This document shows, in pieces, positions 9,566-20,232 of a stretch of 64,000 nucleotides of DNA. The notes under the pieces were generated by a model. It was not told where the DNA came from and did not search any database. It saw only the letters and a list, made by a program, of their open reading frames with translations. The stretch is taken from assembly GCA_964348165.1 (NCBI GenBank), contig CAYGCC010000074.1:5128-69127 (forward strand), given 5' to 3'. A program made the translations under genes and the position numbers. How positions within the stretch are numbered: position 1 is the first letter of the stretch; each line of letters starts with the position of its first letter. The stretch is from an uncultured Gemmatimonadota bacterium (lineage in GTDB: Bacteria; Gemmatimonadota; Gemmatimonadetes; Palauibacterales; KS3-K002).

Positions 9566-12500
9566 ATGATCGCGATGCGTTACCGGCTTCTTAGCTGCTT
9601 AGCCGCTTGGTCCCTGCTCGTCACACCCAACCTAGAGGCGCAGGAGCCGGCCAAGAGCGAATGGGATGTGGAGGCGGACCACGGACCCTCGCGAACGCTC
9701 GAGTTCGAGACGGACGAGGGGACCTGGATGAACCTCGACGTGAGCCCGGACGGCCGCTGGGTCGTCTTCGACCTGCTGGGCGAGATCTACCGAGTTCCGA
9801 TTCGGGGTGGCGACGCCGAGCTGCTCTCCGGCGGCGTCTCTTACGAGCACCAGCCGCGCTATAGCCCCGACGGGCGGACCATCGCCTTCGTCAGCGATCG
9901 CAGCGGCATCGACAACATCTGGTTGATGGATGCCGACGGCTCGAATCGGCGACAGTTGACCAAAGAGAAAGACTCGCTTCCCACTGCCCCGGTCTGGGCG
10001 CCCGACGGTCAGTACGTGGTGGTGAAGCGGCACGTGCGGAGCACGCGCTCGCTGGGGGGTGGCGAGCTGTGGATGTATCACCTGCGGGGCGGCTCGGGGG
10101 TCAAGCTGGTCGAGAAGTTGAGCTTCACCTCCGAGCTAAACGAGCCGATGCTCTCCCCGGACGGCCGCTACGTCTATTACGTCTTCGCCGGTCCCTTCGA
10201 TTACAACCGCGACGTCCACGACGGGATCTTTCAGATCAATCGTTACGACCGGGAGAGCGGCGAGGTCGAGCCGGTAACCCGCGGGCCCGGCGGCGCGATC
10301 CGTCCCACGCCCTCACCCGACGGGCGCGCCGTCGCCTTCATCCGTCGCGTCGGGACAAACACCGTGCTCTTCATCCGCGATCTCGAGACCGGGGTCGACC
10401 GACCGCTCTTCAACGGACTGGAGAAGGACCAGATGGAGACCTGGACGGTGCACGGCGCCTACCCGGCCTTCGCCTGGACGCCCGACTCGCGGCGGATCGT
10501 GATCAACTTCGGCGGCAAGCTCTGGTCGCTGGACGCCGGCACGGGCCAGCCGGCGGCCGTCCCGTTCCGCGCGGCCGTCAGCCAGCGCATCACCGAGGCG
10601 CTGCATTTCGACTATCCGATCGCCGACGACTCCCTGCGCGCCCGCCTGATCCGCTGGCCGACGATCACCCCGGACGGCCGCCGGCTCGTCTTTCAGGCGG
10701 TGGGCCACATCTACCAGATGGGGCTGCCGAGCGGGAAGCCGCAGCGGGTCACCGACCTGGCGGCGCTGGAGTACGCGCCCGCCTTGTCGCCCGACGGCCG
10801 CTCGCTCACTTTCGTCACCTGGGACGACGACGAGGGCGGCCAAATCTGGCGCGTGCAGCTCCCGCGTCCCGGACAGCGGGCCCGGCCCCAGCAACTCACC
10901 GCCACGCCCAACCAGTACGCGAACCCGGTCTTCTCACCTGACGGCGGCCGCATCGCCTTCGTGCGCGGGAGCGGACGCGCCAATCGCGGCCAGGACCTCG
11001 GGGCCGAGCTGTACCTGGAGATCCACACGATGTCCGCCCAGGGCGGCGCGTCGCAGCTGGTCACCACCACGGCCAACCGGGGCGCGAACCGCCGCATGCC
11101 CCGGCCACGCTGGAGCGCCGACGGCACGCGGCTGCTCTATCAAGAAAGCGATGAGGACAAGACGTACCTGACCAGCGTCAAGCTGGATGGGACCGACAAG
11201 CGCCACCTGATGGAGAACGAGCGTGCGGAAGAGATCGTCCCGTCGCCGGACGGCAAGTGGGTCGCCTTCAAGGAGCTGCACAACGTGCACGTGGCGCCGC
11301 TACCGATGGCGGGCGCCGACCCGCTGAAGATCGAGGCCGGAGGCGCCGGCGTGCCGGTAAAGACGCTGACGCGATACGGCGGCGACTGGATCGACTGGTC
11401 GCGCGACAGCCGCAGCGTGAGCTATGTGCTCGGGCCGACGGTTTACCGTCATACGCTCGAAACGATCTTCGCCGAGGAAGAGGAGAGCGAGGAAGAAGAG
11501 GCGAGCGAATCGGAAGAAGAAACGAAGCCGAACCATGTCTTCGAGGGTGATCTCTTCGAGATCGCGCTCGCGGTTCCCAAGGCGCGTCCCAGCGGCGCAC
11601 TAGCGCTGACGGGCGCCCGCCTCATAACGATGCGCGGTGACGAGGTGATCGCCAACGGCACGATCGTCGTCGACGGGACCCGTATCGTGGCCGTGGGCGC
11701 GTCGAGCCAGGTGCAGGTGCCGCGCGGGGCCCGGGTCATCGATGTGGCCGGCAAGACGATCATCCCGGGACTGGTGGACGTGCACGCCCACATGGGTTAC
11801 TCCGCCCTCGACATCAATCCACAGCGCGAGTGGCGCTACTACGCCAACCTCGCCTACGGCGTCACCAGCACGCTCGACCCTTCGGCGAGCACGCAGGCGG
11901 TCTTCGCCCAGGCGGAGATGGTGGACGCCGGTCTGATGCTCGGGCCGCGCATCTACTCCACCGGGTTCATCCTCTACGGTGCCGAGAACGCCAACAAGGC
12001 GGTGATCAACAGCCTGGATGACGCCCGCTATCACATCCGCCGCCTCAAGGCGCAGGGCGCGACGGCGGTGAAGAGCTACAACCAGATGAGGCGCGACGTG
12101 CGCCAGTGGGTCATCGAGGCGGCACGCGAGGAAGGCATCCTGGTGGTGCCGGAAGGCGGCTCGATGTACCAGCAGAACATTAGCATGGTGCTGGACGGAC
12201 ATACCGGCATCGAGCACGCCATCCCGATCGCACCCCTCTACCGAGACGCGCTTCAGCTCGTCGGGCGCAGCCGCACCGGCTACACGCCCACGCTCGTCGT
12301 CGGGTATGGCGGCATCTGGGGTGAGAACTACTGGTATCAGCACTACGACGTATACGAGAACGAGCGGCTGTTACAGTTCACGCCGCGCGGCATCCTCGAC
12401 TCTCGCGCCCGCCGTCGAATGCTGATTCCCGAGGACGAATGGAACCACATCGAGCTGGCGAAGGCGGCGAAAGCGATCGTGGAAGCCGGCGGCCGCGTGC

Positions 12501-12820
12501 AGCTCGGCGCCCACGGCCAGCTGCAGGGGCTGGGCGCGCACTGGGAGCTCTGGATGTTCGAGCAGGGTGGGATGACGCCGCTGGAGGCGCTGCGGGCGGC
12601 GACGCTCTGGGGCGCCGAGTACGCCGGCCTCGGCCGTGACGTCGGCTCGCTGGAGCCCGGCAAGCTGGCCGACCTGGTGGTGCTCGACGCGAACCCGCTC
12701 GATGACCTGAAGAACAGCGAGCGGGTGCATAGGGTGATGAAAAACGGCTTTCTCTACGACGACTCGCTGAACGAGGTCTGGCCGCAACAGCGCCAGCGTC
12801 CGGCTTTTCGTTTTGAGTAA
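9566..12820 (+). CDS. TolB-like beta-propeller (PD40 repeats) fused to a metal-dependent amidohydrolase domain; secreted
   Basis: Signal peptide. At least 10 SPDGR/TPDGR-type PD40 repeats. Acidic linker EEEESEEEEASESEEETKP. C-terminal AGKTIIPGLVDVHAHMGY and VVLDANPLDD amidohydrolase signatures. Confidence 0.8.
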   Translation: MIAMRYRLLSCLAAWSLLVTPNLEAQEPAKSEWDVEADHGPSRTLEFETDEGTWMNLDVSPDGRWVVFDLLGEIYRVPIRGGDAELLSGGVSYEHQPRYSPDGRTIAFVSDRSGIDNIWLMDADGSNRRQLTKEKDSLPTAPVWAPDGQYVVVKRHVRSTRSLGGGELWMYHLRGGSGVKLVEKLSFTSELNEPMLSPDGRYVYYVFAGPFDYNRDVHDGIFQINRYDRESGEVEPVTRGPGGAIRPTPSPDGRAVAFIRRVGTNTVLFIRDLETGVDRPLFNGLEKDQMETWTVHGAYPAFAWTPDSRRIVINFGGKLWSLDAGTGQPAAVPFRAAVSQRITEALHFDYPIADDSLRARLIRWPTITPDGRRLVFQAVGHIYQMGLPSGKPQRVTDLAALEYAPALSPDGRSLTFVTWDDDEGGQIWRVQLPRPGQRARPQQLTATPNQYANPVFSPDGGRIAFVRGSGRANRGQDLGAELYLEIHTMSAQGGASQLVTTTANRGANRRMPRPRWSADGTRLLYQESDEDKTYLTSVKLDGTDKRHLMENERAEEIVPSPDGKWVAFKELHNVHVAPLPMAGADPLKIEAGGAGVPVKTLTRYGGDWIDWSRDSRSVSYVLGPTVYRHTLETIFAEEEESEEEEASESEEETKPNHVFEGDLFEIALAVPKARPSGALALTGARLITMRGDEVIANGTIVVDGTRIVAVGASSQVQVPRGARVIDVAGKTIIPGLVDVHAHMGYSALDINPQREWRYYANLAYGVTSTLDPSASTQAVFAQAEMVDAGLMLGPRIYSTGFILYGAENANKAVINSLDDARYHIRRLKAQGATAVKSYNQMRRDVRQWVIEAAREEGILVVPEGGSMYQQNISMVLDGHTGIEHAIPIAPLYRDALQLVGRSRTGYTPTLVVGYGGIWGENYWYQHYDVYENERLLQFTPRGILDSRARRRMLIPEDEWNHIELAKAAKAIVEAGGRVQLGAHGQLQGLGAHWELWMFEQGGMTPLEALRAATLWGAEYAGLGRDVGSLEPGKLADLVVLDANPLDDLKNSERVHRVMKNGFLYDDSLNEVWPQQRQRPAFRFE

Positions 12821-12846
12821 CAGCCGGGCGACGAAGAAGTCTGAGC

Positions 12847-13581
12847 GTGCAAGTCGCACACGCCTGGAACTCTGTCGACTCCGCTGCCGTTCAGTCCGGC
12901 GTGAGATCTGGAGTCTTCTGCTTTCCGTGGCTCATCCGCGCCGCCGTTGCCATCTTCGGCGGACCCGTCGCGGTTCAAGCACAATCGGCAGCGTCATCTT
13001 GGACGGCCGATTTCGACGACGGGTGGAAGGAGCGCTGGGTCGAGACGCGCCTCGACGCCCGGTTCAACCGCTTCAACGTCGTCGAAGACGAAGGTCGACG
13101 CGTCTTACAAGTCGAGAGCGATAATTCAGCCTCGGCACTTTGGCACCCGCTCGATCAGGAGCCATCAGCTGGAAGCCGCGTGGCCTGGCGCTGGCGCCTG
13201 GAGGCAACGCTCACGGGAAACCGCAGCGAGCGGGAAAAGCGTGGCGATGACTTTGCCGCCCGTTTCTTCGTCATCTTCGACGGCCAGCCGTTTTCCCGTA
13301 GCGCCCGGGCGATCTGCTACGTGTGGGCGGCGAGCGAGCCGGTGGGCAGCCGCTATCGAAACCCGTACTTCTCCAACGTGTTGACGATCGTGCTGCGTAG
13401 TGGCGACGAGCTTGCGGGCGAATGGGTGAGCGAAGAGCGCGACTTCATGGCCGACTATCGTGAAGCTTTCGGAGAGCTCCCAAGTAGCGTCACAGCCGTC
13501 GCCGTGATGGCCGACACCGACGACACGGGCAGGCGCGCCACCAGCTGGTTCGCCGACATCCGTCTGGTGAGTCGCGACTAG
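12847..13581 (+). CDS. Hypothetical secreted protein (DUF3047-like?)
   Basis: Hydrophobic N-terminus LIRAAVAIFGGPVAVQAQS. High-GC3 open frame. Confidence 0.45.
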   Translation: MQVAHAWNSVDSAAVQSGVRSGVFCFPWLIRAAVAIFGGPVAVQAQSAASSWTADFDDGWKERWVETRLDARFNRFNVVEDEGRRVLQVESDNSASALWHPLDQEPSAGSRVAWRWRLEATLTGNRSEREKRGDDFAARFFVIFDGQPFSRSARAICYVWAASEPVGSRYRNPYFSNVLTIVLRSGDELAGEWVSEERDFMADYREAFGELPSSVTAVAVMADTDDTGRRATSWFADIRLVSRD

Positions 13582-13613
13582 CCACGCCGCCGGGGCGCCG
13601 CGCTCGCCACGAC

Positions 13614-14546
13614 CTAGTACTTCAGTCCCGTATCGCAGAGCACGGTCACGACAGTGGGAGCTGAACCCAGCGCCCCGCCCTCGATCGACTTCACCGCCGC
13701 GCAGACGTTGGCGGCGGCCGAGTAGCCGACGTGCACACCCTCCTTCTCCGCCAGCAGCCGGCGGTAGCGTGTCGCTTCTTCGTCGGTCACAGCGACGAAG
13801 CCGTCTGCCAGCGCCGGGTCCCACAGCGGCGGGACGATGCCGTAGCCCGTGCCTTGCAGCAGATGGCACGGCTGCGTGACCGGCTGGCCGGCCAGCACCT
13901 GGGCGCCCGCCGGCTCCACCGCCAGGCAGCGCACCTCCGGTTCTTGCCGCTTCAGGTAGCGGCCCACGCCGACGAACGTGCCGCCGGTGCCCACGGTGGC
14001 GATGAAGGCGTCGAGCTTCGTGCCCAGCGCCGCCCAGATCTCCGGGCCCGTCGTCTCCTCGTGAGCCCGGACGCTGGAGGGGTTGTTGAACTGGTCGACG
14101 TAGAATGCCCCACGCTCGCCGGCAAGCTCGTTGGCGCGACTCGTTGCCGCATCGATGTCGGCGCCGGTCACGTGACCTGGTCTGCCTTCCACCTGCGGCA
14201 CCATCACAACTTCCGCACCCAGCGCCTCCAGCATACGAGCCCGGGTCGGGCTGTTGCCTTCCGACATCGTGGCGATGAAGGGGTGACCCAGCACGTTGCA
14301 GACCACGGCCAGGCCGGCTCCGAGGTTGCCGCTGGACATCTCGACCACGGGCTGGCCGGGGACTAGACGGCCCTCCGACCGGGCATCTTGTATGATGCGC
14401 CGCGCGGCCCGATCCTTTACGCTGCCGCCGGGGTGCACGAACTCGGCCTTGGCCAGAATCACGCCGGGCCCCGGAGCGATGCGGCTCAAGCGGAGAAGCG
14501 GGGTGTTGCCGATCAGATCCAGCGCGCTGGACGAGATGCCACTCAT
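13614..14546 (-). CDS. Cysteine synthase family PLP enzyme (CysK/CysM/CBS-like)
   Basis: LDLIGNTPLLRL, PLP-lysine motif GGSVKDRAA, and the glycine-rich loop GNLGAGLAV. Start moved to the internal Met (MSGISS...). Confidence 0.8.
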   Translation of the reverse strand: MSGISSSALDLIGNTPLLRLSRIAPGPGVILAKAEFVHPGGSVKDRAARRIIQDARSEGRLVPGQPVVEMSSGNLGAGLAVVCNVLGHPFIATMSEGNSPTRARMLEALGAEVVMVPQVEGRPGHVTGADIDAATSRANELAGERGAFYVDQFNNPSSVRAHEETTGPEIWAALGTKLDAFIATVGTGGTFVGVGRYLKRQEPEVRCLAVEPAGAQVLAGQPVTQPCHLLQGTGYGIVPPLWDPALADGFVAVTDEEATRYRRLLAEKEGVHVGYSAAANVCAAVKSIEGGALGSAPTVVTVLCDTGLKY

Positions 14547-14653
14547 GCTGCAGTTACTAGGCCGGCGCATCGGCCTTGGCAAGGAGCAGCGTTCAGCACC
14601 AGGCGGCCGCCGTGCTTGGGGTCACGCCCAACCGTAACACGGGAGATAACTTC

Positions 14654-15589
14654 ATGAGCACTCAGGGGACAGGTCGTGGCAGGCGGGCGCTACGCCAGAC
14701 GTTGAGCGGCGCCGCGCTCGTGTGGTTGACGGTCGCAGCCACGCCGCCGCTCGCCGCACAGGACTCGGCCTGGCCGCGGCGCGTGGTGCTCACCAACGAC
14801 GATGGCATTGAGGCTGAGGGGTTGGCAGCGCTCGTCGACGCCTTCGCACCAGTCGCCGAGGTGTTCGTCGTGGCGCCGCGCGACAATCGGAGTGGCAGTA
14901 CCAACTACGTTTCAGCCATCGCGGTGCGGCGGCTGACTGCCGAGCGCCGCCACCTCCGTGAGGGTGTGGTCGCCTACGCCGTAGACGGCTACCCGGCCGA
15001 CGCCGTCGTCTTCGCCCTCTCGGCGCTCCTCGCCGAACGACCGCCCGACCTGGTGATCTCCGGGGTGAACGACGGGCCCAACCTCAGCGACGACTGGAAC
15101 CTGTCGGGCACGGTGGGGGCGGCGCGGATGGCCGCGTTCCTCGGCGTCCCCGGCATCGCCGTCTCGGGCTTCAGCTCCGAGCACCCGGAGACGCTGGAGA
15201 TGATCGGCCGCTGGACCGTGGCGCTGGCGCGCACCCGGCTGGTGCGCGAGCTGGGGCCGGGCCAGTACCTGACGGTTAGCGTTCCGCGCGTCGCCGCGGC
15301 CGAGGTCGCAGGGGTCGAGATCGTACGGCGCGGCCCGCGGCCCTGGGCGTTCGAGTTCGAGCGCGCCGACGGCGGCGCCCCTGACGGCGCGGAGACCTGG
15401 ACCCTCCGCTTCGCGCGCCGGGAGGTCGACCCGCCCGCCGGGACGGACCTGCACGCCTACGCCGCCAACCGCATCGCCATCGTCCCGATGCGGGTCGACG
15501 AACATGACCAGCCTCGGCTGAGAGCCCTCGGCGCGGGCGCGCCCGAAATTCCGGCATGGCCACCGGGCACCGGAAACCCGCCCCGTTGA
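14654..15589 (+). CDS. surE: 5'/3'-nucleotidase SurE family, with N-terminal signal peptide
   Basis: VVLTNDDGIEAEGL (N-D-D-G motif) and VVAPRDNRSGSTN. N-terminal RRALRQTLSGAALVWLTVAATPPLAAQ. Shine-Dalgarno GGGAG upstream. Confidence 0.75.
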   Translation: MSTQGTGRGRRALRQTLSGAALVWLTVAATPPLAAQDSAWPRRVVLTNDDGIEAEGLAALVDAFAPVAEVFVVAPRDNRSGSTNYVSAIAVRRLTAERRHLREGVVAYAVDGYPADAVVFALSALLAERPPDLVISGVNDGPNLSDDWNLSGTVGAARMAAFLGVPGIAVSGFSSEHPETLEMIGRWTVALARTRLVRELGPGQYLTVSVPRVAAAEVAGVEIVRRGPRPWAFEFERADGGAPDGAETWTLRFARREVDPPAGTDLHAYAANRIAIVPMRVDEHDQPRLRALGAGAPEIPAWPPGTGNPPR

Positions 15590-15660
15590 CGGCTCCCCAC
15601 ACCGCCTCGAAACCGTGACGGGTGGCGCTACGTAGAAGAGGAAGACAAGGAGGTATCTAC

Positions 15661-15732
15661 ATGTTGAGACTGTTGAGGCCACTGCTGCGGGTGATCGTAA
15701 AGGTCCTCGAGTGGCTGGAGCGGAAGATCTGA
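15661..15732 (+). CDS. Micro-ORF of 23 aa (MLRLLRPLLRVIVKVLEWLERKI) with a consensus Shine-Dalgarno
   Basis: AAGGAGGT lies 6 nt before the ATG. It sits in an otherwise empty 280-bp intergenic region. Confidence 0.25.
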   Translation: MLRLLRPLLRVIVKVLEWLERKI

Positions 15733-15869
15733 GGCCGGCGTCAGCTGGGGCAGAGCGACGTCGAAAGGCCTCCCCAGCTCCCCATTCGGTACGAATCCTA
15801 ACACATTGTCCGGGTCCGCTCCGATTACGGGCCCGAAGTCTTTTTTCAAACAAAGAATGCCACACACGC

Positions 15870-17240
15870 TCACTCGAGGGCGAACCGCTCGAGCTTCATC
15901 ACCATCGTCTGTAAACCCTCCGCCAGCGCCGGGTGCACCATCTGCGCGTCCACCATCGCTCGCGCCGACGCGCCCGCCTGCATCAGCATCAGAAACGTGT
16001 GGATCAGCTCGCCCGCCTCGTAACCCACGATGGCGGCCCCGAGGATCCGCTCGCCGGCGGGATCGATCAGCACCTTCATCAGGCCGGCGCGCTCGTCCAT
16101 CTCGATCGCCCGGGCGATGTGGCCGAACGGCATCTTCGCCACCTCGTAATCGACGCCCCGCTCCTTCGCCTCGCGCTCCGACAGGCCGACGCGCGCCACC
16201 TGGGGATCGGTGAACACGGTGCTCGGCACGATCCGGCCCTCGCGGCCGCCCTGGCGCCGGCCCATGAGTATGTCGTAGAGGATGCGATGATCGTCCCACG
16301 AGTTGTGGGTGAACTGGGGGCCACCGTTGCAGTCGCCCACCGCGTAGACGCCGTCGGTGCTGGTGCGATAGCCGTCGTCGACCCTCACGAAGCCACGCTC
16401 GTCCAGCTCGACGCCGGCGGCCTCGGCGCCCAGGTCGTCCGTGTTCGGCACCCGGCCCACGGCGACGAGCAGGTGTGAGCCGGTGGTCTCCTGGCCACCG
16501 CCGCAGCGCACGCGTATGCCCTTCCCCGTTTTCTCGACTTCGACCACCTCGGCGTCCAGCACCACCTCGATCTCTTCCGCCCGAAACGCCTCTTCGATCG
16601 CTTCGGAGACGTCCTCGTCCTCGCGGTCCAGCAAGTGGGAGCCCCGCTGCATGATCGTCACCTCGGACCCGAAGCGCCGGAACATCTGGCCGAACTCGCA
16701 AGCGATGTATCCACCACCCACCGTGACCAGGTGCTTGGGCGGCGTGCGCAGCTCCATGATGCTGGCGTTGTCGAGGAACTCGACCCCGTCCAGACCTGAG
16801 ATAGACGGCACCCGCGAGCGCGCGCCCACGTTGATGATGACTGTCTCGGCCCGGTGGCGCTCACCGTTTACCTCGATCTCGCGCTCGCCGACGAACCGTG
16901 CTCGGCCCTCGATCAACGTCAGGTTCGCGCCGGCCCGTTCCAGCCGCCGGCGCACGCCGCTCCGCCACTGCTGTACGATCTCGTCCTTGCGATCGACGAC
17001 GGCGCCGAGGTCGACGCGCACCTTGCCGACCTCGATTCCCAGACGGCCCGCCGTCCGCGCCACATGCGCGGCCCGGGCGCTGGCCACCATCGTCTTGGTC
17101 GGCGTGCAGCCGACGTTCACGCACGAGCCGCCCAGGTCGCCCGCCTCGGCGATGATCACTTTCTTGCCGGCCTCGGCGAGGCGGGCGGCGAGCGGGACGC
17201 CGGCCTGGCCGCTGCCGATGACGATGACGTCGACTTTCAA
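15870..17240 (-). CDS. Class I pyridine nucleotide-disulfide oxidoreductase (dihydrolipoyl dehydrogenase / mercuric reductase-like flavoprotein)
   Basis: FAD motif VIVIGSGQAG, redox-active CxxxxC in GGSCVNVGCTPTK, a second Rossmann GGGYIACEFG, and a C-terminal dimerisation domain. Confidence 0.8.
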   Translation of the reverse strand: MKVDVIVIGSGQAGVPLAARLAEAGKKVIIAEAGDLGGSCVNVGCTPTKTMVASARAAHVARTAGRLGIEVGKVRVDLGAVVDRKDEIVQQWRSGVRRRLERAGANLTLIEGRARFVGEREIEVNGERHRAETVIINVGARSRVPSISGLDGVEFLDNASIMELRTPPKHLVTVGGGYIACEFGQMFRRFGSEVTIMQRGSHLLDREDEDVSEAIEEAFRAEEIEVVLDAEVVEVEKTGKGIRVRCGGGQETTGSHLLVAVGRVPNTDDLGAEAAGVELDERGFVRVDDGYRTSTDGVYAVGDCNGGPQFTHNSWDDHRILYDILMGRRQGGREGRIVPSTVFTDPQVARVGLSEREAKERGVDYEVAKMPFGHIARAIEMDERAGLMKVLIDPAGERILGAAIVGYEAGELIHTFLMLMQAGASARAMVDAQMVHPALAEGLQTMVMKLERFALE

Positions 17241-17321
17241 TTCATCCTCCGTTGGCGTTTCGAGTCAGGCGTCGGTCGGATAGAGCTCGTCCTGCAAACT
17301 CAGGCTGAGAAGAGAACAATA

Positions 17322-18326
17322 TTAGTCCGCTGGCGGATCCAGGAGGGCCCGGACCTGGGCCTCGCTGGTCGGCCAGGCCGGGACATCGAAGAGCCGCTGC
17401 GTTTCCACCAGATCGACGCGCTCGCCGGGTTGCAGACGGGTGAGCGGCCCGTGGATCTCCATCTCGAAATAGGGGAAGCGGTGCGAGTTGTAGACCTCTG
17501 ACAGGCAGCCGTGACCGTAAGGGCGTCCTAAAAAGACGGGCGCGCTCTTCGAGTAGCCGACCAGCCCGGCGGGCGTTTCGCTGATGCCGAGCATCCACCC
17601 TTCGCTCGCGTCGACGCCGAACTTGAACTCGACCTCCTCCGTGCAGTCGATGACGGCGAGCCTGCCCAGCTCGCTCACGACACGCCGGCGAACGCTCACC
17701 GACTCGCCTTCCACCTCGAACGTCTTCACTCCGTCGGTGTAGCTCGCGGTGTCGTTACGGGGCAGATAGACGCGGCCCGGTCGAAGCAGCATGGCGACGT
17801 CCCAGGGCGCCCACTCGACTTCGTCCGAGGAGGCGTTGAGCAGGCTGTGGGCTACCGTCCACCCCGGGCGCTCGGCCTGAACCTCGACGGTGCGGCTGAC
17901 CTGAACGCCGCTCTCGCGGCAGCGTCGACTGGCCATGCGAATGCGAACGGACCGCGCGCTCGCGTCCTCGACGACGAGATCATAGGGGCCGCTGTCGAGA
18001 TCGAGGAACGGCACCGCTTCGGTCCAGCGATCCTGCGGTGCCAGCCACGTCTTGTCGCCGCCCCAAAGGCGGAAGCCGCGCTGGCGCTTGGTCGCCGCCA
18101 GGTCGTTGATGTGCTCGAGATCGTCCACCCGGCCTTCCAGCGCCGGATCGGTGAAGAACAGCTCATGCCCGTGCCAGCGCAGACCCATGATGCGGCCGCC
18201 GACCTGTGGCACCAGCACCAGTTCCAGCGGCCCTTTGCTGAGGTGCCAGCTGTCCCAGCCCTTGTAGCGCCCCCGGCGGAGGCTCACCGGCAGCACTTCA
18301 GTCACCGGCGCCCAGCGCCCGGTCAA
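17322..18326 (-). CDS. Hypothetical protein (DUF4380-like?), probably co-transcribed with the GH15 gene; TTG start and/or short overlap
   Basis: Open frame directly downstream of, and overlapping, the GH15 gene on the same strand. No known catalytic motif recognised. Confidence 0.45.
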   Translation of the reverse strand: MTGRWAPVTEVLPVSLRRGRYKGWDSWHLSKGPLELVLVPQVGGRIMGLRWHGHELFFTDPALEGRVDDLEHINDLAATKRQRGFRLWGGDKTWLAPQDRWTEAVPFLDLDSGPYDLVVEDASARSVRIRMASRRCRESGVQVSRTVEVQAERPGWTVAHSLLNASSDEVEWAPWDVAMLLRPGRVYLPRNDTASYTDGVKTFEVEGESVSVRRRVVSELGRLAVIDCTEEVEFKFGVDASEGWMLGISETPAGLVGYSKSAPVFLGRPYGHGCLSEVYNSHRFPYFEMEIHGPLTRLQPGERVDLVETQRLFDVPAWPTSEAQVRALLDPPAD

Positions 18327-20133
18327 GGTTGAAGGCGGCGCTGATCAGGCTCAGGTGGGTGAACGCCTGCGGGAAATTGCCCAGCGCCTCGCCACTGGGG
18401 CCCGTCTCCTCGGCGAAGAGACCCAGGTGGTTGGCGTAGCCGAGCATCTGCTCGAACATGAGCCGCGCCGTCTCCAGGCGCTGGCGATCGCGCCGGCCCG
18501 CGCGTGTTAGCGCCTCGACCAGCCAGAAGGTGCAGATGTTGAACGTGCCCTCCTCGCCGCTCAGCCCGTCCGCCGTCTCGCCCACGTTGTAACGGTAGAC
18601 CAGGCTGTTCGACACCAGCCCGCCAGCGCTGGGCGACTTCAGCGTGGCGTCCAGCGTCTTGAGCATCCGGTCGTCGGTGGGCGAGAGGAAGAAGACCAGC
18701 GGCATGATCAGGTTGGCGGCGTCGAGAGCGTCGCTGCCGTAGTGCTGGACGAAGGCGCCCCGCTTTTCGTTCCAACCTTTGGCCATGATCTCGCGGTAGA
18801 TCTCGTCGCGCGCCTTCAGCCAGCGCAGCCGGTCGGCGGGGAACGAGCGCTTGTCGGCCAGTCGGATCGCCCGATCGAGGGCGACCCAGCACATCAGCTT
18901 CGAGTAGACGAAGTGCTGTTTGCCGCCGCGCACCTCCCACACACCCTCATCTTTCAACTTCCAGTTGTTCACCACCCAGTCGGTGAGCGAGGTGATGTGG
19001 TTCCACAGCTCATAGTCGATGGGGCTGCCGTACTTATTATATAGATACACCGAGTCCATCAGCTCGCCGTAGATGTCCAGCTGCAGCTGGTTGTAGGCGC
19101 CGTTGCCGATGCGGACCGGTCGCGAGCCGCGATACCCCTCCAGGTGATCGAGCGTCTCTTCCTTCAGCTCGTGACGCCCATCGATGCCGTACATGATCTG
19201 CAGCGAGCCGTCGGGCTCCAGCTCGTGCGCCCGCGCCTCCAGCCAATCCATGAACCGCGCCGCTTCTTCGGTGAAGCCGAGCCGGATGAACCCGTACAGG
19301 GTGAAGGCGGCGTCGCGGATCCAGGTGTATCGATAGTCCCAGTTCCGCTCGCCGCCGATCCCCTCCGGCAGGCTGCAGGTCGGCGCGGCGACGATGGCGC
19401 CGGTCGGCTCGTAAGTCAGCAGCTTCAGCGCCAGTGCCGAGCGCTCGACCATCTCGCGCCAGCGGCCCGTGTACTCGCAGCCGGACAGCCAGTGGCGCCA
19501 GTGGTCCACCGTGCGCTGGAAGATCTCCGCCGCCTGCGCTTCCGAAATGGAAACCCCGCCCGCAGCGGCTCGGTCCAGCTCGCCGAGCGCGAAGATGGCG
19601 CTCTGGCCCTCCTCCAGCCGGAAGTCCGCCGCCACGCCGTCGCCGTCCAGCGACAGCGGCACGCCGCTCGTCAGCCCCAGGCTGAGGCCGTCCGAGTGGA
19701 ACGCCGCACCCTCTTTCGTCATCTCCGTCCCATGGGGGTCGCGGGCGTAGTTGAAGGCGGGCCGGCACTCCAACCGAAAAGGCATCGTCCCGCGCACCGC
19801 AGTCACCCGACGAAGCAGCCAACGGCCGGCGCCCACGCCGGTCTGCCTCCCCACCGGCATGAAGTCGCGGACCTCGCCGACGCCGTCCGGAGCGAGAAAG
19901 CGGGTGACCAGCACGTTGGTGCCGGGCCAATAGAGCTGTTTTCGCGTCGTTACCGGGCACCTGGGGCCGACCAAGAAGCGGCCGCCCTTCTCGTCGTCGA
20001 GGATCGCGGCGAAGACGCTGGGCGAGTCGAAGTCGGGATAGCAGAACCAGTCGATCGAGCCGTTCTTGCCGACCAACGCCACGGTGTGCATGTCCCCGAT
20101 GATGCCGTAGTCCTCGATCGGTAGATAAGTCAT
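18298..20133 (-). CDS. Glycoside hydrolase family 15 protein (glucoamylase/trehalase-like)
   Basis: N-terminus [46 protein letters not shown] is characteristic of GH15. Confidence 0.85.
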   Translation of the reverse strand: MTYLPIEDYGIIGDMHTVALVGKNGSIDWFCYPDFDSPSVFAAILDDEKGGRFLVGPRCPVTTRKQLYWPGTNVLVTRFLAPDGVGEVRDFMPVGRQTGVGAGRWLLRRVTAVRGTMPFRLECRPAFNYARDPHGTEMTKEGAAFHSDGLSLGLTSGVPLSLDGDGVAADFRLEEGQSAIFALGELDRAAAGGVSISEAQAAEIFQRTVDHWRHWLSGCEYTGRWREMVERSALALKLLTYEPTGAIVAAPTCSLPEGIGGERNWDYRYTWIRDAAFTLYGFIRLGFTEEAARFMDWLEARAHELEPDGSLQIMYGIDGRHELKEETLDHLEGYRGSRPVRIGNGAYNQLQLDIYGELMDSVYLYNKYGSPIDYELWNHITSLTDWVVNNWKLKDEGVWEVRGGKQHFVYSKLMCWVALDRAIRLADKRSFPADRLRWLKARDEIYREIMAKGWNEKRGAFVQHYGSDALDAANLIMPLVFFLSPTDDRMLKTLDATLKSPSAGGLVSNSLVYRYNVGETADGLSGEEGTFNICTFWLVEALTRAGRRDRQRLETARLMFEQMLGYANHLGLFAEETGPSGEALGNFPQAFTHLSLISAAFNLDRALGAGD

Positions 20134-20232
20134 TCGTCGTCTCCCGTTGTCGACCCTGACAGGACTGGCTGTATCAAACCTTGAAGGTCGTGGCGAATGC
20201 TGGCCGAGGGTGCCGGACTCACGACGCCGGCG

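Noticed and set aside
13731-14366. 211-aa plus-strand ORF antisense to the cysteine synthase gene
   Set aside because: It is the antisense of a gene with clear PLP-enzyme motifs and has no motifs of its own.
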